Notes under the pieces: model-generated
What the model was told of the DNA's origin: nothing
The model's database searches: none
Seen by the model: the letters and a program-made list of their open reading frames with translations, nothing else
Program-made: the position numbers and the translations under genes
In this document: positions 62,437-64,000 of the stretch, in pieces
Layout of the letters: each line of letters starts with the position of its first letter
Numbering within the stretch: the first letter of the stretch is position 1
Source of the DNA: a bacterium
Lineage (GTDB): Bacteria; Fidelibacterota; Fidelibacteria; Fidelibacterales; Fidelibacteraceae
Reading direction: 5' to 3'
Length of the DNA stretch: 64,000 nt
Assembly (NCBI GenBank): GCA_963676395.1
Contig: OY781066.1
Location: 320,001-384,000, forward strand

Positions 62437-63030
62437 TTAATATATCATATCATGTATGACATTGTATCGCCACTTCAATTCTTTTCCTTTACTGATACCG
62501 ATCCTCGTAGATTCGGCAATCCTAAAGTCACCAAAATTAATAGAATGCTGAATTTGCAAATTTGAAGTCAAAAGGTCAAGCCCATTATCGTTTTTTGTTA
62601 TTAAAAATGCCTGAGTAAGCTTTGCGGGACCATTACATAAATTTTTTATTGATCGCCGGTCAGAACGCAGTTCACCATAGCGATTTATTTGCATGATCTC
62701 CTTACCTTCATATGGTTCAACCGCTCTTATTAAAATGGCATCTCCTTGCCCCTCCGGCCCGGAAACAACATTACAGCAATAATGAATGCCATAAGTAAAA
62801 TATACATATAATTTTCCTGCCGGTCCGAACATGACCTCATTGCGTTTACTTTTTCCAGAATAAGAGTGCGACGCAGGATCATCAGCTTGAGCATAGGCTT
62901 CAACTTCAATAATGTGCCCTGAAATACGTTGCCCATCTTCAAGAATACGCACAAAAAGCTTACCCAACAAAGATTTTGCCAGACTATGAAGATCTTGACG
63001 ATAAAAGCAACTATTTAGTACATTTGGCAT
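62437..63030 (-). CDS. DNA-3-methyladenine glycosylase (AAG/MPG family)
   Basis: EVEAY, D.ASH, YVYFTYG.H.C.N, LIRAVEP, NGPAKL and RIGI. Confidence 0.93.
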   Translation of the reverse strand: MPNVLNSCFYRQDLHSLAKSLLGKLFVRILEDGQRISGHIIEVEAYAQADDPASHSYSGKSKRNEVMFGPAGKLYVYFTYGIHYCCNVVSGPEGQGDAILIRAVEPYEGKEIMQINRYGELRSDRRSIKNLCNGPAKLTQAFLITKNDNGLDLLTSNLQIQHSINFGDFRIAESTRIGISKGKELKWRYNVIHDMIY

Positions 63031-63031
63031 G

Positions 63032-63487
63032 TTAAGATTTTATTTTTTCAGCAAGAAATTCCACTGCTTCCAAATAACTGTTCTCTTTCTTCCCATAAAA
63101 TTGTTTAATACAAACATCTTTTGTCACCGATATTTTCCGAAAATCTTCCCGTTCATATATATTTGAAAGATGGACTTCAACGACAGGGATTTGCAATAGC
63201 TCTATGGCATCACGGATCGCATATGAATAATGAGTATATGCCGCCGGATTGATCAAAATAGCATCATAGTTTTTTCTTGCGCCGTGTATGGTATTAATGA
63301 TCTTCTCTTCGGAGTTAAATTGATAAATTGTTACAGCCACTCCCTCTTGTCCGGCTTTTTTTCTAATCGCATTATTCAATTTATCAAGTGTTAGATTACC
63401 ATATTGTTTTTTATCTCTATGGCCCAGCATATTTAAATTTGGACCATGAATCACACAAATTTTACTTGTTTTCTGCTGCTTTATCAT
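63032..63487 (-). CDS. aroQ: Type II 3-dehydroquinate dehydratase
   Basis: GPNLNMLG.R, NPAAYTH and EVHLSN...RE.FR. Confidence 0.95.
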   Translation of the reverse strand: MIKQQKTSKICVIHGPNLNMLGHRDKKQYGNLTLDKLNNAIRKKAGQEGVAVTIYQFNSEEKIINTIHGARKNYDAILINPAAYTHYSYAIRDAIELLQIPVVEVHLSNIYEREDFRKISVTKDVCIKQFYGKKENSYLEAVEFLAEKIKS

Positions 63488-63490
63488 TGC

Positions 63491-64000
63491 TTATCCCTTT
63501 ATAACTTCCAAACTATGCTTAACGGTTTCTTTTGAAATATTATTGGATATTTCGGCTGTACCAATGGCTGGGATCACAATAAACTTCAACTTACCATCTC
63601 TAATCTTTTTATCTCGTGATAATGCATACATCGCTCTGTCGACATCCAGCTTTTCAATATTACCACCAAGTGGAATTCTTTTTAAAGCTTGAATATATTG
63701 TTGAGCAGTTTCACCTGCTAGGCCATTTTCTTTTATAGAAATATCCAAGGCCGCGATCATTCCAAGAATAACTGCCTCACCATGTAAAAACTCACCATAA
63801 CCGCAAGAATTCTCTATCACATGTCCCACCGTATGCCCAAAATTCAATAACATACGTATGCCACTTTCTTTTTCATCTTTGGCTACAATCTTGGCTTTGA
63901 TCTCGACAGAGCGTTTTATAATATCAGAGATCAAGGTCATATCGCGCAATTTTAAAATATCATCCTGATGCTCAAGACAAAGATCCAATAAGTCCCTATC
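63491..64000 (-). CDS. aroB: 3-dehydroquinate synthase (3' part; continues beyond the window)
   Basis: DEKE.G.R..LNFGHT.GH, HGEAV and DKK; frame open to base 64000. Confidence 0.93.
   Translation of the reverse strand, partial: DRDLLDLCLEHQDDILKLRDMTLISDIIKRSVEIKAKIVAKDEKESGIRMLLNFGHTVGHVIENSCGYGEFLHGEAVILGMIAALDISIKENGLAGETAQQYIQALKRIPLGGNIEKLDVDRAMYALSRDKKIRDGKLKFIVIPAIGTAEISNNISKETVKHSLEVIKG

Overview
This is an AT-rich, gene-dense chromosomal window from a probably anaerobic, fermentative bacterium (PPi-dependent PFK, class II Fba, Buk/Ptb, class III ribonucleotide reductase). One secreted protein ends in an NYPNPFNP C-terminal sorting domain, which suggests the FCB group (inference). 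Most genes are housekeeping: ligA, dacB, glgC, rnz, gcvT, metG, adk, rsmA, aroQ/aroB, and one tRNA-Ala(GGC). I saw no CRISPR array, integrase, transposase or prophage. The strongest leads are: (1) an ion-transport locus at 1-6936, with a NapA-like antiporter fused to a PTS EIIA domain followed by two tandem modules of an EIIA protein with an apparent PII-like C-terminal domain plus a CPA antiporter; (2) an adjacent 1.6-kb gene-free region with two oppositely oriented candidate RNAs sharing (CU)n motifs, one with about 9 CU tracts and hairpins, the other ending in an orphan terminator; (3) an amrS radical-SAM operon lacking its usual partners, carrying three unknown genes and a perfect 9-1-9 palindrome at its promoter; (4) a compact cobalamin riboswitch with a visible kissing loop upstream of nrdDG; (5) two small genes missed by the ORF track (a probable 7Fe ferredoxin and a DUF5989-like peptide). 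All family calls come from motif recognition by eye; no searches were run.
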